From the NCBI GenBank assembly GCA_009602725.1, contig WELB01000016.1, forward strand, positions 578,730-633,986: a DNA stretch of 55,257 bases. The letters run 5' to 3'. Positions within the stretch are counted from its first letter, which is position 1; every line of letters starts with the position of its first letter. The translations under genes were made by a program, and so were the position numbers. The notes below the pieces were generated by a model. That model ran no database searches. It saw nothing but the letters and a program-made list of their open reading frames with translations, and was not told the DNA's origin. Shown here piece after piece: positions 15,716 to 31,217 of this stretch. This DNA is from Spirogloea muscicola (lineage: Eukaryota).

Positions 15716-15980
15716 AGCCTCGTTGCTGCCTCTGGCTCTGGCCAGGGGACCCGCTTCCAGGAACCCAGTCTCTCTGACCTGAGGCTGCTTAGCAGGGGTT
15801 ACTGAGTGCTTCGTAGTTGTAGCGCTCCAATCACTCCACCGACTGAGTGGCCATCAGTTACGGCCAGTTTCTTTACCTTGTCTTCAATTCTCACACGTTG
15901 ATTCCTTAGGGCTGGCCTCTCACAGCCTCTGCTTCACGCTGGGAGCTGTGACTTATCCTCTTCCTTCCTCTTCTTTCTTG
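15716..15980 (+). mobile_element. 5'-truncated CRE copy (ORF C-terminus, 3' UTR and tail), opposite orientation to the large copy
   Basis: 15719-15805 translates to LVAASGSGQGTRFQEPSLSDLRLLSRGY*. It is followed by the stem-loop gggctggcctctcacagcc (15909-15927) and a CT-rich tail. Confidence 0.75.
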
Positions 15981-16994
15981 ACCGAGTGACTCAGTATTGG
16001 GGCCGAAGACTCATCCAGTAGAGGGCGATGGCTGCGAGTGGCCAGCCCAGAGAAAATATTGTACAAAGTTGAAAGGGCCTACCCCTAGACCCTTGTCCAC
16101 TCTGCTGCGCTGGCATTCCACAGCCCCCGCCTCCTTTTCCTTCTCTCTTTTCCGAAGAGCCTCTCGCTCTCTCATGAGCAATTTGTGCTTTCCTGTTGGG
16201 CTCCCCCCCCGACCTTGTCCACTCTCTGGGCAGGCCTTTCACGTCCTGACAGCATTTTCAGGCTCCTTCGTAGCTGCTTAGCGCTTTTAGGCCCCTCCGT
16301 CATTTGGCACCTTCGAACCTTTGTCAATTCTTTTCGGGCTGGCTTTTCACAGCCCTTGTCCCCATTGGGAGTGCCACTTCTTTCTCTTTCTTCTTTTCAC
16401 AGCCACTGCCTCCTCGTCGGAAGAGCTTTAGCTCCTTCAGACCTTGTCCATTTCTTTGGGCTGGCCTCTCCAGCCACCTGTCAATCTGGCCGCGCTTGTC
16501 TCTCTAGCTCCAGTCTACAGCATTGCCTCCAAAGTGCGCTGGCTGCTGCTGACGCTGCTGTCCTATTCCCTACACTTGGGCTGCCGCTCACAAGCATTCC
16601 CTGTAGATGTAGCTTCTTCACTGATCCTCCCCAAGTTAGACGAGCCCTGTGCATACGCTCCCTTAATCAGGGCCTGCTTCTCGCCTCACACGTTCTGCAT
16701 ACTTCTCGACTGACCCATCACAGCGAACTGTACAATGGAGTATCTCATCTCTTCTTGACCTTGGGACCATGATCTGCTTCGAGAGCCACTCGCTTAGCTG
16801 ACCTTCTGAGAGGCCTTCTGGCCTCGTCGCTGGAGTTGCACCTTCTGTCACCGGTGCAAATTCAGCATATGCTGCAGCTTTGAAGAAGCTGTGGTACCTC
16901 TTCTCTAGACTTATGGTTTTATGGCGCTGGCTTGCTCCTGACCTGGCTGACTGTTGAATGTAAACCAGTCAATTTGGCCGCGCTTTCTTCTTAT
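15981..16994. repeat. Cluster 1 of short retrotransposon 3'-end units
   Basis: GACCTTGTC..GGGCTGGC..CAGCC-type units at ~16030 (minus), 16108, 16228, 16336, 16458 and 16578, plus a terminal tcaatttggccgcgcttt at ~16969-16986. Confidence 0.75.
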
Positions 16995-18416
16995 TGTTGA
17001 TTGTAGTCAATATGGTGAATAACGAGCCTGGATGGGTGACCATCCCGTCCGTCCTGTTAGGCCGAGAGAGCTCCCTAGATAAGGGTGGCCCGGCACACCG
17101 GGCTACTGGCTCGAGCGATCCCGCGGCTCTGTGCGCGGCCAGGCGGAACTGTATGCTCGCCGGCTTTGTGTACGGTCAGCGGAGCTGTGTGCTCGCCGGC
17201 TCTGTGTGCGTTCAGGCGGAGCTTTCTGCAACTCTGGAATTTGCGTACTAGCAGACTGAACGCTGGGCGACCATGAGTGGATCTGTGTCTGCACCGCCGA
17301 GACGAGGGCGGTCTGCTGGTCCTCCAGGTAAGAGCAAACGTGCAATGGAGGACTCTGAGTGTAGAAGAGAAGAAGTGATGGTCTTCAGCAGAGATGTGAT
17401 CCTTGATGAACAGAGCAGTCTAATGACTCTGCTTTTTGCGTTAAGGCCATCGGAGACAGTTGAAAATGTGCAATGGTGGCCTGTGTCTCAAGAGACTAAA
17501 ATTGTGGCTGATGTGGAGGCAGTCCTGATTCTGGCAACAGAGTGGAAGCCAGGACAGTAGGTTTGGATCTGGAAGGTACTACTGCTATAGTGGGAGCGCC
17601 AAGCTACAGGACAGATGTTCGTGCTTCTGCAGCTGCTTTCCACTTGAGGGCTTCAGCACTACTCGTGGCTTCTTGAGTGGTAAGAGGCTCATGAAGTACA
17701 ACAGCAGCAAGAGCACGAACATGTGTCCTGTAGCTTGGTGCTCCCACTGTAGCAGCAGTTTCTTCCAGATCCACACCTACTGTCCCGGCGTCCACTCCGT
17801 TGCCAGAGTAGGTCCTGCCTCCACATGAGCCACAATTTCAATCTCTTGAGTTACAGGCCAACATTGCACAATGTCAAGTGTCTCCGATGGCCTAAACGGA
17901 AATGCAAAGTGATCTGGACTTCTCTGTTCATCAAAAATCACATCTCTGCTGAAGACCATCACTTGTCTACTCGGCTCAGAGCCCTCCATTGCACGTTTGC
18001 CCTTATCCGGGGGACCAGCAGACCGCCCTCGTCTCGGCGGTGCAGACACAGATCCACTCGTGGTCACACAGGGTTCACTCTGCTAGTACACGAAGTCCAG
18101 AATAGCACAGCCCCGCCTGGCCGCACTCAGAGCCGGCGAGTACAAAGCTCCGCCTGGCCGCACTCAAGAGTCGGCGAGCACACAGCTCCGCGTGGTACTT
18201 GAGCACTCCGGCTCCTTTCAGACCTTGTCCATTCCTTTGGGCTGGCCTGTCCCAGCCACCAGTCAATCTGGCCGCGCTTTTCTTCCGCCTGGCCGCACAC
18301 AGAGCCGCGATGTGCCTAGGCCTTCCTTATTTAGGGAGACTCTCTCGGCCCAATAGGACGGGCGGTATGGTCACCCATCCCGGCCCGTTGATTCGCCATT
18401 TAACCACATTTCAACA
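16995..18416. mobile_element. Inverted duplication (foldback) of an internally deleted Ty1/copia-like element
   Basis: Arms 16995-~17637 (+) and ~17701-18416 (-) both begin TGTTGA, contain three ~37-bp subrepeats and encode SGSVSAPPRRGRSAGPP..VMVFSRDVI(L/F)DEQ (copia post-integrase SRDVxFDE). The spacer encodes EPLTTQEATSSAEALKWKAA (copia pre-RT EPxTxxEA..W motif) on the minus strand. Confidence 0.75.
18196..18283 (+). mobile_element. 88-bp retroposed tail unit inserted in the right arm of the foldback, with a probable 9-bp TSD
   Basis: Absent from the left arm. Flanked by tccgcgtgg (18187-18195) and tccgcctgg (18284-18292). Matches 16431-16497 and 33282-33357 (-). Confidence 0.8.
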
Positions 18417-20393
18417 CACACCACCCTCTTTCGAGATGCAGTCTGCAGCACTTAATTGGCTCTTACAAGCCGCCCTTGAGCATCATTTGCGGCTAAGATT
18501 TACACAAGGCTTTCTCTCTTATCGCCAGAACACAGGGCCCTCCACGAATTTGCCTGAAAGGGCTGCCAGAACTGGCTCTTCGATCCAAGTATTTCAATCA
18601 GTTTGCGGTCCAAGGCGACCTGCTGTCCCCCCCTGCCGCCCTTCATCGGCAGCAAGACAAAGTTCCAAGTTATGATAGGGAGGTGCTCTGTGTGTCCATA
18701 CAAGCTCAGTTTCAGTATGTTGATCTGCTTCCCGCCCTTCTATGGCCACTTGCTGGTCAGTACAGGCACAATCCAGTCGACTCTTCTTCCCAAACGTGCC
18801 TGCTCACCAGCATCATCAATGGGTTAACCGGCTCTTTGCTGCCAGAGAGCAGGAACTTGCCTGCCTTCCAATGTGGGCAGTGACGGGGTGGACACCCTTC
18901 ACCAAGGATGCGTCTCTTGATGCCGGATCCTTACACTGTTGCCCTGTGCTTGTTCGATGAGTGTCCAAGGTGGGTCCCAATACTATGTGGGTACAACAAC
19001 GGAAGTCTTGCCTGCAGGCTGATCCCATATTCCCGACAGTCTAAAATAGAAGGACATTCGCTCTTCATTCAGAAACAAGCCTTGTATAGAGAAGCGCTCT
19101 CCCAAGAGGGATGGTGTCTGTGAGAGTCCAGGCAAGAAGAACGGACAAATCTGGGCAGCAACTGCAGCTGGGGCTCATCACAACGAATGCAACCCCTCGT
19201 CCCTCATAGTAACCTATGTGGAGCTTGCACCAAAGCATTTAAATTGCATCACGTTATCTGTCTGAAACTTTGACTTCATAGTGGTGCTGACAACCTGCCC
19301 TCCTCTGGACAAATGGCATCGGTACCAGTCAGGCCAAAGTATGTTTCAACTTAAGCAACGCATGTACTTGTAAAATGCGGACGAAAGTAGGGAAGCAGCA
19401 GAAGTGCTTGACATTTGTTTAGGTACATTCATAATCATAAGTGACACTAGCAAGCTGTGACCTTGTGTAAACAAAGGGGAGGGGACCGCAAAGCCGGCCA
19501 TCAGAATGTCATGTAGTACTACATCATCACATATCGGCAGCTGGGGGCTGAAGAATACGTGTAACTAGGGTGTCTAGCCTCTCCCACAATGTATATGAAT
19601 GTTTTGTTGACAAGACACTTAGCCACTGTCTTCCACGCCTTTCCTTGAGAAAGAAACTGCAACGTCGAGCAGGCAGCATGCACTTCTCCAGAATCGCTCA
19701 ACATGCACGAAACCACCAGCCAATATATTCTCAAATTGAGCCAGCCACTAACTACTGATATTGCAGATTGATGCTCAATCCAATACAACCTAGGCATCAC
19801 ATCCAGCCTCACACTGGCTTCCTTCGAGTGACATAATTTTTGAAAATCTTCCTGAGCAGCAGCTAAATTGTTTCAGCCTGATGCTAACCTCGTGGACACG
19901 ATCTGCAATGCAGCAGCTCCAAAGGCTCATACCTTTTCCTGGTTGCAAGTGCGTCAATGAAATGCGTCCCTGGGGCCTGGCTGACTGGATGTCAGTCCTA
20001 TATCGTTGTTGTAGTTTCTCTGGTGCCAATTCTCTGAAGGCATGCCAGGCCTACAAGCCAACCTGCAGGCAAGCTCCAGTAGCCCTCACTTTAGTCACTG
20101 TAGGAATGTACAATTGTCAGGCTTCAGCAGCTGCAAGTAGCAGGTGCAACAGAATGTCACGAAGCCCCACATTGCCAATGTAGACTGAGTATTGACAAGC
20201 ATTCTCGGTCAGTGCCCCCAGCTTGTACAATCTACTTTGGATGTGATCATTTCTTTCACCCGAAAGGGAACAAAGCAATGGCTGCTGGGTGACAGTGAAT
20301 AGCAATCACTGCGGGATAAGAGCCTCACAGATTGCTTTTGTTTTTGTGAAGTTGCTGGTTCCATGTTCATCCAGGAGCTCGACACGTTTGGAT

Positions 20394-21009
20394 CTACTGG
20401 TGCCAGCCTTCAGCACAGCGCCGCAGCTGCAATGGGAGGGCACGTCGCCACGCTTCAACGTCGGGGCGCGGGCCAGTCATCAGGAGGACGTTGCGGCCGG
20501 CATTCTCGAGCTGCTTGGTCCAGACGTCCTCGGAGAAGGCGGCGGCCATGGCGGCCTTGATGCGGAGCACCGTCGCCTCCCACGCCACGACGGAGGCCTC
20601 GTCTCCAGCGGAGGGCGGGCCGCCACAGTTGGCCATAATGCGGCCGCCGCTCGCCAGCCGCCCTCTGAGCATGGCCCATGTCGCGGCGTCGCAGAGCCTC
20701 GCGTGCGGCCGCCCGTCGGCGTACAGGTCCACAAGGAGGCCCGAGAAGCCGCCGCCGACGACCGCGCCGTCGCCGAGGGCGTCGCCGACGTGGATCTGCA
20801 GGCCACGGGGCGCCGGCGGCGAGCCCGTGAAACGCGGCGGCCTTCTCGGCGCCTCCAGCTCGCGCAAGCCGAAGTGGCGGCGGGCGAGGTGCACCACCTG
20901 GGCGTCGATCTCCCAGCCCTCCAGCAGCAGTGCCGGCCAGGCGTGCAGCAGCACGGCGGCAACGGTGCCGGCGCCCAGGCCCAGGATGCCCAGCGGCGGC
21001 GGCGGCGAC
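20394..21009 (-). CDS. SAM-dependent methyltransferase superfamily protein (spermidine-synthase-like fold), 5'-partial
   Basis: LGILGLGAGTVA..LEGWEIDAQVVHLARRHFGL..IHVGDAL..GLLVDLYADG..GGRIMANCGG..GWHQ*. The reading frame breaks at the single N at 21010. Confidence 0.75.
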
Positions 21010-21269
21010 NGGAGGCGAGACGGGAGAGAGGAGGAAAGCAGGAGGATGGAGGGAGATTAGAGGAGGGTGGCAGGCCAGGAATAAGGGGATTAGTGGGAGG
21101 AAGGAAACAAGAGCACGAAGGTTTGACACGGCGTGGTATCATGAACAGACAAGGAGAGGACAAGGATGCAAATCCCTTCCTGCCTCCTTACGCAGCTCAT
21201 CTGATGCTGCTGCCCAGGTAGCAACCTGACTCATGGACCAGCAGCCGCGACCTCAGGCGGCACACTCAC

Positions 21270-21425
21270 CTCGACCGCCGCTTGTCCTTGTTGATGGAGT
21301 TGAGGCGGATGAAGTACTTTTGGGCATGGCTCGCCACTTGCGTCGGCGTGCGAGTCATCACAAAATTCCGCGAGATGCTGCGCCAATCGCCCTTCCCAAA
21401 CTTGGCCAAACCCAGCAGAAATAGC
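21270..21425 (-). CDS. Isolated exon of a SHAQKYF-class (DIVARICATA-like) MYB transcription factor
   Basis: [51 protein letters not shown], bounded by a tgcag acceptor and a gtgag donor. No neighbouring MYB exons were found. Confidence 0.8.
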
Positions 21426-21675
21426 CTGCAACAATCCAGCGAGCACAGCAGCGTGAGGAAGTTGGCACAAGATGAGCATGCCTGCAGCGCATCAGTCTGT
21501 TCACTGAGTCAAAGAGGGATATCCAACCGGCGCACAAAGGCACTGAGGCAGGGCAACTTGATAGGATGCAGACAACAGATGGATGGGCACGCGGAGCAAG
21601 TAAGAGGAGGAGGAAGGTGGGGGAGAAGGGAGGAGGGAGGAGGAGGTTTTGAGATGGGTCCCAGAGTTTCACCGA

Positions 21676-24600
21676 TGCTCCTCCTCCGTCCAAGGGATGC
21701 CCTTGCGCCGCTCCGCATCGCCCGACTTGCCGCCGCCACCGGCCTTGGCCTCGGAAAGGCCACCCCCATGCAGGGAGCCGTTGCGCAGGCCGCCGTTGCT
21801 GCCGCCGCCGCCGCCGCCGCGGCGGCAGCTCGTGCGGAGCCGCTGGCTGCTCCTGCGCCGCCAGGTGTGTGGCCGTGCACGTCTACCCTTGCAAGCTGGG
21901 GCGCTGGGAGGTGTGAGCGAGCCATGGCACTCGTGCTAGCATGGACGTGGCGGCGGCGGTGGCGGCGGCGGTGGCGGCACGCCAGCAGAGGAGAGCGCTG
22001 AGACGGAGCGCAGGAGCAGCATCGCTCCTCAGCAGGGCAGGCCGCAGGTGGTGACTGATTGCCGTGAGCTCCGCTGCCGTGCTCCTGTGATGCGCAGCCG
22101 CAGCTCGTCAGGGGGACGGCGGGCGCGAGGCGGCGCTGTCGCGGGCCCTGGACGCCGTGCGCTCGCGCGTGTCCGCGTTCTCGCTGGCCAACGGCATGCG
22201 CTGGGTGGTCATGGAGCGCCGCGCGGCGCCCATCGTGGCCTGCCACATGTACGCTGCCGTCGGGGCGGCCGACGAGCCCAACGGGCAGACGGGCCTCGCG
22301 CACTTCTTGGTGGGCCAGCTTCGTCAACGCCGTCAAGCGCTCCAGTCACACTAACATACACAATGTCAAGCCTTCCAGTTAGCTTGACGGTGTGACTAAG
22401 CCGCTGCTTATGCAAGCTGCAGCTGTCCATCCATGCTAGTACAGGCCGGCACGACATACCCAGCTTCTCCTCTCCGCTTCGGTCCCTCGTTGACTGCATT
22501 CTGAAACTAGTTCTGCAGCAGCTCGGGGCTTGCTAAGAATCTTGAGGCATTGCACAAGCAAGTGTAGCTTGCTGCGCCAATGTAGCTGCTCGCTCTGCAT
22601 ATCACTGGGTGCTGAGGGTGTGCGTGCAAGATCTGCTAATGCGCTCGTCATGTTCCCTGCAAGCAGGAGCACCTGGCCTTCAAGGGCACGTCGCAAATCG
22701 GCAGCAAGGACCCAAAGGCGGAGGCGTCTGTCCTGGACGAGCTGGACTACTGTGAGTGAGCTGCTTGCACTTTGGACCATCGCGACGTCCCAAGTGATGT
22801 GTCAGGCCCGTGAACTGCCGGCAGGTCCTCCTCCAAGAGCAATACGAGTCAAGCACCCAAGACGATGCAAAGCTGTGCATGCTTGCAGTATAATGATGTG
22901 GAGTACACGATTTGCTTGCAGTGTTCTACCAATTGCGGGAGGCCAAGGAGTCTGGCAAAAGTGGGGCGGCATCCAGGCTTGCTGAGCAATTTGTAAGCTA
23001 GCAGGAGCCCTTCCAGAGGCCGATCACTCTCTCCCATGCAGCCAACTGCTGCAGACACAATCACGAAGGAGCAGGATGTCATGGCGGATGATGCAGGTTC
23101 TCGTGACAGACCCATGTCCTTCAGAGTTTCCTCTGACGTAGATCTCCACCTAGTGCTTGCTGCACTGAGGTCTCAGCAAGCAATGTACCGGAACTTGGGC
23201 AGTAGGGTCAAAGATGTCGTTTCCTCCGCATTGCAGGACGATTTACACAAGTCGTGCTGCTCTCTGTGTGAGCAGGAGGCAAGGAAGGCGCAGGCGGCGG
23301 AGCTCTCTGTCCCAAATGCGTATGGGGCCCTGCTGAGCCGCGAAGGTGGAGTGGGACTTAATGCCCAGACGACTCAGGATTCAACAGGTACGGGTGCCAG
23401 TCTACTTGCTTCCTTCTCTCCACTTGCCCAGCCCGTGCGCCTGAAGAGCACGGGACCAGCTGTCCTTACGATTTACTGCCAGTCTAAGCAGCGGACTTTG
23501 TCCCTAAGACAACAGGAAAAGTCCGATATGTTTAGTGCATCTGGCCAATTTGTAAGCGTCACGAAGCCCAATATTGGATTACCTCTGAGCTTCGTTCGTT
23601 GCTCTGCTTTGCATTTGCACCTTGCTGCAGAGTACTTTGTCTCTCTTCCTGCAAATAAGCTGGAGTTGTGGATGGCCCTTGAGAGCGCTCGCTTCATAGC
23701 GCCCGTCTTCCGAGACCTTTATGCAGAGAAAGAGGTATGTTGAATGCCTTGCACCTGAGTAGCTGCTGTTCAATCACTTGCTCCACTTGAGGAGCCAGGC
23801 TCAACTTTGTTAATCTTGTGCTTCTTGATGTAAGACAAGTGTATGTCAATGGCAGATGGCGTAAGCCTTACATGTCACCATTTGTGAGATCAAGTCAATT
23901 AGACTTGGACCTATTATTGAGATGATTGTGACGGCGATGGTGGCACGATAGCACAACTGCAACCAGTACTTGTGGTCTGTGTGCCACAAGAGCGGCGGAG
24001 TAATGTGTGTCGTGTACACATGGTCAGCTTCTCGCTCATGACATGGATGCAGCCAGTTGGAGTTGATGGCAGGTCGTGAAGGAGGAGCGACGGTTGCGAG
24101 TAGACAATGCGCCGCTTGGCAGGTTCCTCGAGTCGTTCTCGCAAATGGCGTTCCCCAACAGCCCATATGGTCGGCCTGTAATCGGTTACCGTATCCTCTC
24201 CGCTACCTGCCTGGCTGCACATGGCCCCTCTGCACTGACTCACATAGCACAAGTGCCGACTACTACTCAGAGTTGTGTCTGTGACTGCTCAGGCAGCAGG
24301 GACTTCGTGAGTAACAAACTTTGTTATTTGGAACAGGCTGAGGTTTTAGACTATCAGACATACGGTGTAGGTTTGAATATGAAGCCTGGTAGGTCTATAT
24401 CACCTCAGACACCAGCCAAGTACACGACCTCCACCTTGACTTGAAGAGCCAGCTGAGGATTTTGAGAAGATTGGGAGGAGAGAGGTGGAGGCGTTCTTCC
24501 GGCATCGCTACACTCCTAAGGCACTTACATGTGCAGTGGTTCGCGACATCGCCCTTAGCATGAGCACTCGTTACCCGTGAATCCCAAAGTTCATAGTCAG

Positions 24601-26657
24601 TACTCTAGTTCCACAGATTGATTGCTTTACTTTCGTCCGTCTGCCTTTCGAATTGCCTGTTATCATCTACTAAAGCCACTGGCAGTACAACTCCCACTCA
24701 ACCAACGCGCGTGATGGCAGCTTCCAAATTCTTGGCTAGTTGAGATCTTGCAAGCTTGGAATGTGTAGAAGCTGAGGTGCACCTCCTGACTGTGCCTCTC
24801 AATTGCTGCATGACATCCTGGATAGGTTGGGGATGTGGATCCTGTGGAGGTGAGCCAGCAAGACGCTATGCCACGCTTATTGAGGTTCACCCTGCTCTTT
24901 CTGTATGTCGTGCCGCTACAGCTTGACTGTGGCAAAGCACTCATTTGTACATTACACTGTCTGCATAGTATTAGCAGATTTTTGCAGAACTTGGTCAGCG
25001 AGAAGACATTTCAGACCCCGTCTCCTCCTGCGTCTCAAGGTGGAGAGGCTGGCACGGCGGTACTTTGGCGGCTGGCTGCCAGCAATTGGATACTTGACAG
25101 CGCCGCCGCCACCGCCGAGACAGTGGAGGACAAGCGCCGAGTGGGAGCAGCTGCCCGAGCCCGCCAGCGACGCTGTCGCGCAGCTGCGGATGTCGCTCCC
25201 CTCTAACCCCTTCTATATACAGGGTGAGTCATTGAATGTCTGATGGGACACAGTTATCTCCAAGGAGTGTCCCAGATCCAAGCTTACACCATATTCGAGA
25301 CAGTAATGCTTACTCTAATTTAGACTCGTAGTCTCGACGCCCTTAAGTCCTGTCCTCATCAATCCACTGCGTGTAAGATAGGCTAAACCTGTCAGTATGT
25401 TCTGCGGCCCTCCTGATCCACTGATTGTTCAAGCTAAACCAGGAACGACATTAAGGTCACAGTATCAAGCATGATGCTTAGCCCGATGACTGTGCTTTGA
25501 TCAGGTCACCACCGGCCTGCGGCCTCCTCAACGGACGACCCAACCATTTCTGTAATCTCGGAGCTTCTGAGCAGCGGGCGCACCTCGCGACTCTACAAGG
25601 TGTGGCTTTGGACAAGGACCTCATAACCCGCAAATGACTGCCAGTTGAGATATTATGACAAGTGGGAATTTCCCCTACGATCATGTACTTTGGGCATGCA
25701 AAATCTAAAGTGGCATTGCACAACTGCAAGATCGTTTTCTCATCTGTGCAAGGCCATGCGTGTGACAGAGATTGGTCCTCCAGAGGAAGGCATTGGCCGC
25801 AGATGCGGGGGAGAGCTACCCTGGTGATTTGCGGCCCAATCTTCTGCTCCTCTCTGCGATCCCCTTACCAGGTGCTCATGCCAATTAGCAGGTTATGCAA
25901 ATTTGACAGTGACCGACGACCTGCTGCCCCAATTTGATGAGGCAGGACAGTGGCACCAATTGCTATCCTAGCTCTGTCTGTGGGTGACAGTCAAGTGGAG
26001 GGCTGAAGGTTCAGCATCCAGGGCTGTAAGTGTAGGTCTGTTATGTGAAGTATTGGGTTCTCAGTCCTTATATGGACATACCACAGTTTTCTCGTCCTGT
26101 AAGCAGCAGCACAAGTGGTCATGCGGTCATGCGGACAGGGTTCTGAACGCAAGTCGGCATGTCGCCAGGGGGAAGCACCGATGAACTGGCAGTCCTTCTA
26201 CAGAGGGAGCTTGAGGACCTGGCCCAGGGCTTGGTTGATGAGGACCAGCTCGTCCCCGTGCGCAAGGCCACAAGGGCCGGCCTCCTGGTAAAACTTATAC
26301 GCTGATTCACAGCCCCCAGAGACAGCTCGTTTTCCAAGTGCAGGCAGTGAAGTTGCTGCTGGACCTTCTTGTTAGCAGCAGTTTGCTTGTTTCTATTCTT
26401 TCTACTTAATGGCAGAGGTTTGAAGCATGCTAATGCACGTTGCATATCTCCAGGAAATTTTTGGGAGCAATTCCGGCATGGCGAACTTGCTGTGCAAGTA
26501 CGAGGCCGAGGCTGGAGGCTGGGATAACCTGCTGAGAGAGTGCCGGAGTGTGGAGGAGGTGACACCTGAGGACGTGCGTCGCGTTGCATCCCTGCTCACG
26601 CGGCCCGGGTATCGCGTATCAGGCCACGTGCAGATGACAGCTGCCACTGCCTCCTAG
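21676..26657 (+). CDS. M16B zinc peptidase, catalytic (HXXEH) subunit, cyanobacterial type, multi-exon
   Basis: FSLANGMRWVVMERRAAPIV..GAADEPNGQTGLAHFL/EHLAFKGT, GGVGLNAQTTQDST/EYFVSLPANKLELWMALESARFIAPVFRDLYAEKE/VVKEERRLRVDNAPLG..PYGRPVIG, ELLSSGRTSRLYK and VEEVTPEDVRRVA..ATAS*. The start codon is uncertain. Confidence 0.85.
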
Positions 26658-27837
26658 GTCCATCAAGTGGGCGACTCTTAAGTAGAGATGCATCCACATT
26701 TGGCATCTGTTACAAGTCTGTAGGCAGTTCCTTGGGTGCTGTGCAATTGCTTAACAGTCATTTGCAATTAGCGGCTTTGAGAGCTCTATTGGGTCTATCT
26801 ACAACCAGAGATCTGTACGTTCTAGGATTGCTGCCCCCTCCAGGAGCATCACGTAGTAGTGCAAGGACGAACGAAAAGCCGGCTGAGGTAAAGCGAGCCA
26901 TTCTGAAGCCGGAAAATTGATAGTGCCTTTCAAGCTCTTTCAGCACATACTGCACATTGGCAGCCACGAGCCATGTTGCCCGTCCACACATGGTAAATTG
27001 ACTTCGCCCGAAGCATCGGGGAAATGATGGGTGACGACAATAGTTTTGCGCGTGTTCAGAGCAAAACCAGCAGGGTGTGCGCGGAGCTCCAGACCACCGC
27101 TCGATCATGGACAGCATGTGGTGCCCATCAGATATTTGCTCAGAAACTTGGTACTCAGAACTCAAAAGTAACACATTACAAATGTCAGCCCCATGCTACG
27201 CCGCCCAATCTGTGGATGTCCATCATAAGCATTGGCACAGTACAGTGCGTGCATCAGCCACTAGCAAGTACAACCGGAGCATCAGCTGTTCTCACACTGA
27301 CCAGGATGTGCAGAACTGAGCAATCAGCAATTACGAAAACCCACGATAATGTGATATGCAATTACATGCGCAGGGTTGCTCAAAAAGGGGCTGCGAATCA
27401 GTACCGAGGACAGCTGGTATGGAATACTAGTTATTTCAAAGCATGATTGCAAGGCCTGGAAAAGAAAATGCTCCAGCATGCGAGATGATGAAAAGTGGCC
27501 TAATCACTTTAACTGTGTATGAATCTGTACAAAGTATTGCTGAACGAAAAAGCCAGTCACTGCGAACATGGGTGCTAAAACGGTGACCAATCTCTCCTCA
27601 AAGGACCCATGAGCTGCCTTCCCAGGAGCGCTGCGTCGCACCTACTGCACATGTCTACGACTACGTGCTAATCAATCAAGGTCGCCACATCACGGCACAG
27701 CGAGCCAGCACCATGCGTCTAGCTGCCCGGTAGCCCAGCAAAAAGGGAGCCACGGCTCCTTGAAAAAATGGGGCTGCCAAAAAATCTGTAAAGGGTGGGA
27801 GGTTGACATGGCACTGGTCCCCAGGCCAGAATGGAAA

Positions 27838-31217
<3,380 letters not shown>

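Noticed and set aside
15608..15853. Stop-free extension of the RT frame upstream of 15607, and a possible 5' ribozyme
   Set aside because: From ~15716 this DNA is the opposite-strand C-terminus and UTR of another CRE copy. I could not fit HDV-like or hammerhead core motifs.
15909..16600. Repeat-spacer pattern suggesting a CRISPR array or DGR next to an RT
   Set aside because: Repeats are degenerate, irregularly spaced and in mixed orientation, and they match the retroelement's own 3' end. There are no cas genes and the context is eukaryotic.
16663..16930. Minus-strand frame with DGSVEKYAERVRR resembling retrotransposon gag
   Set aside because: Only one short motif, too weak to call.
18420..20300. 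Coding-like broken frames, one faintly like a LINE C-terminal zinc-binding region (RLYKLG..CQY..LLHLL)
   Set aside because: Cysteines are incomplete and stops are frequent, so it cannot be supported without a search.
20289..22400. Long overlapping Arg/Ala/Pro-rich ORFs here, at 315-1137 and at 30673-32114
   Set aside because: Shadow frames of GC-rich exons, or frames read through N gaps.
26758..27446. 138-aa and 140-aa ORFs between the M16 and beta-amylase 3' ends
   Set aside because: No motifs. Likely overlapping UTR or intergenic DNA.
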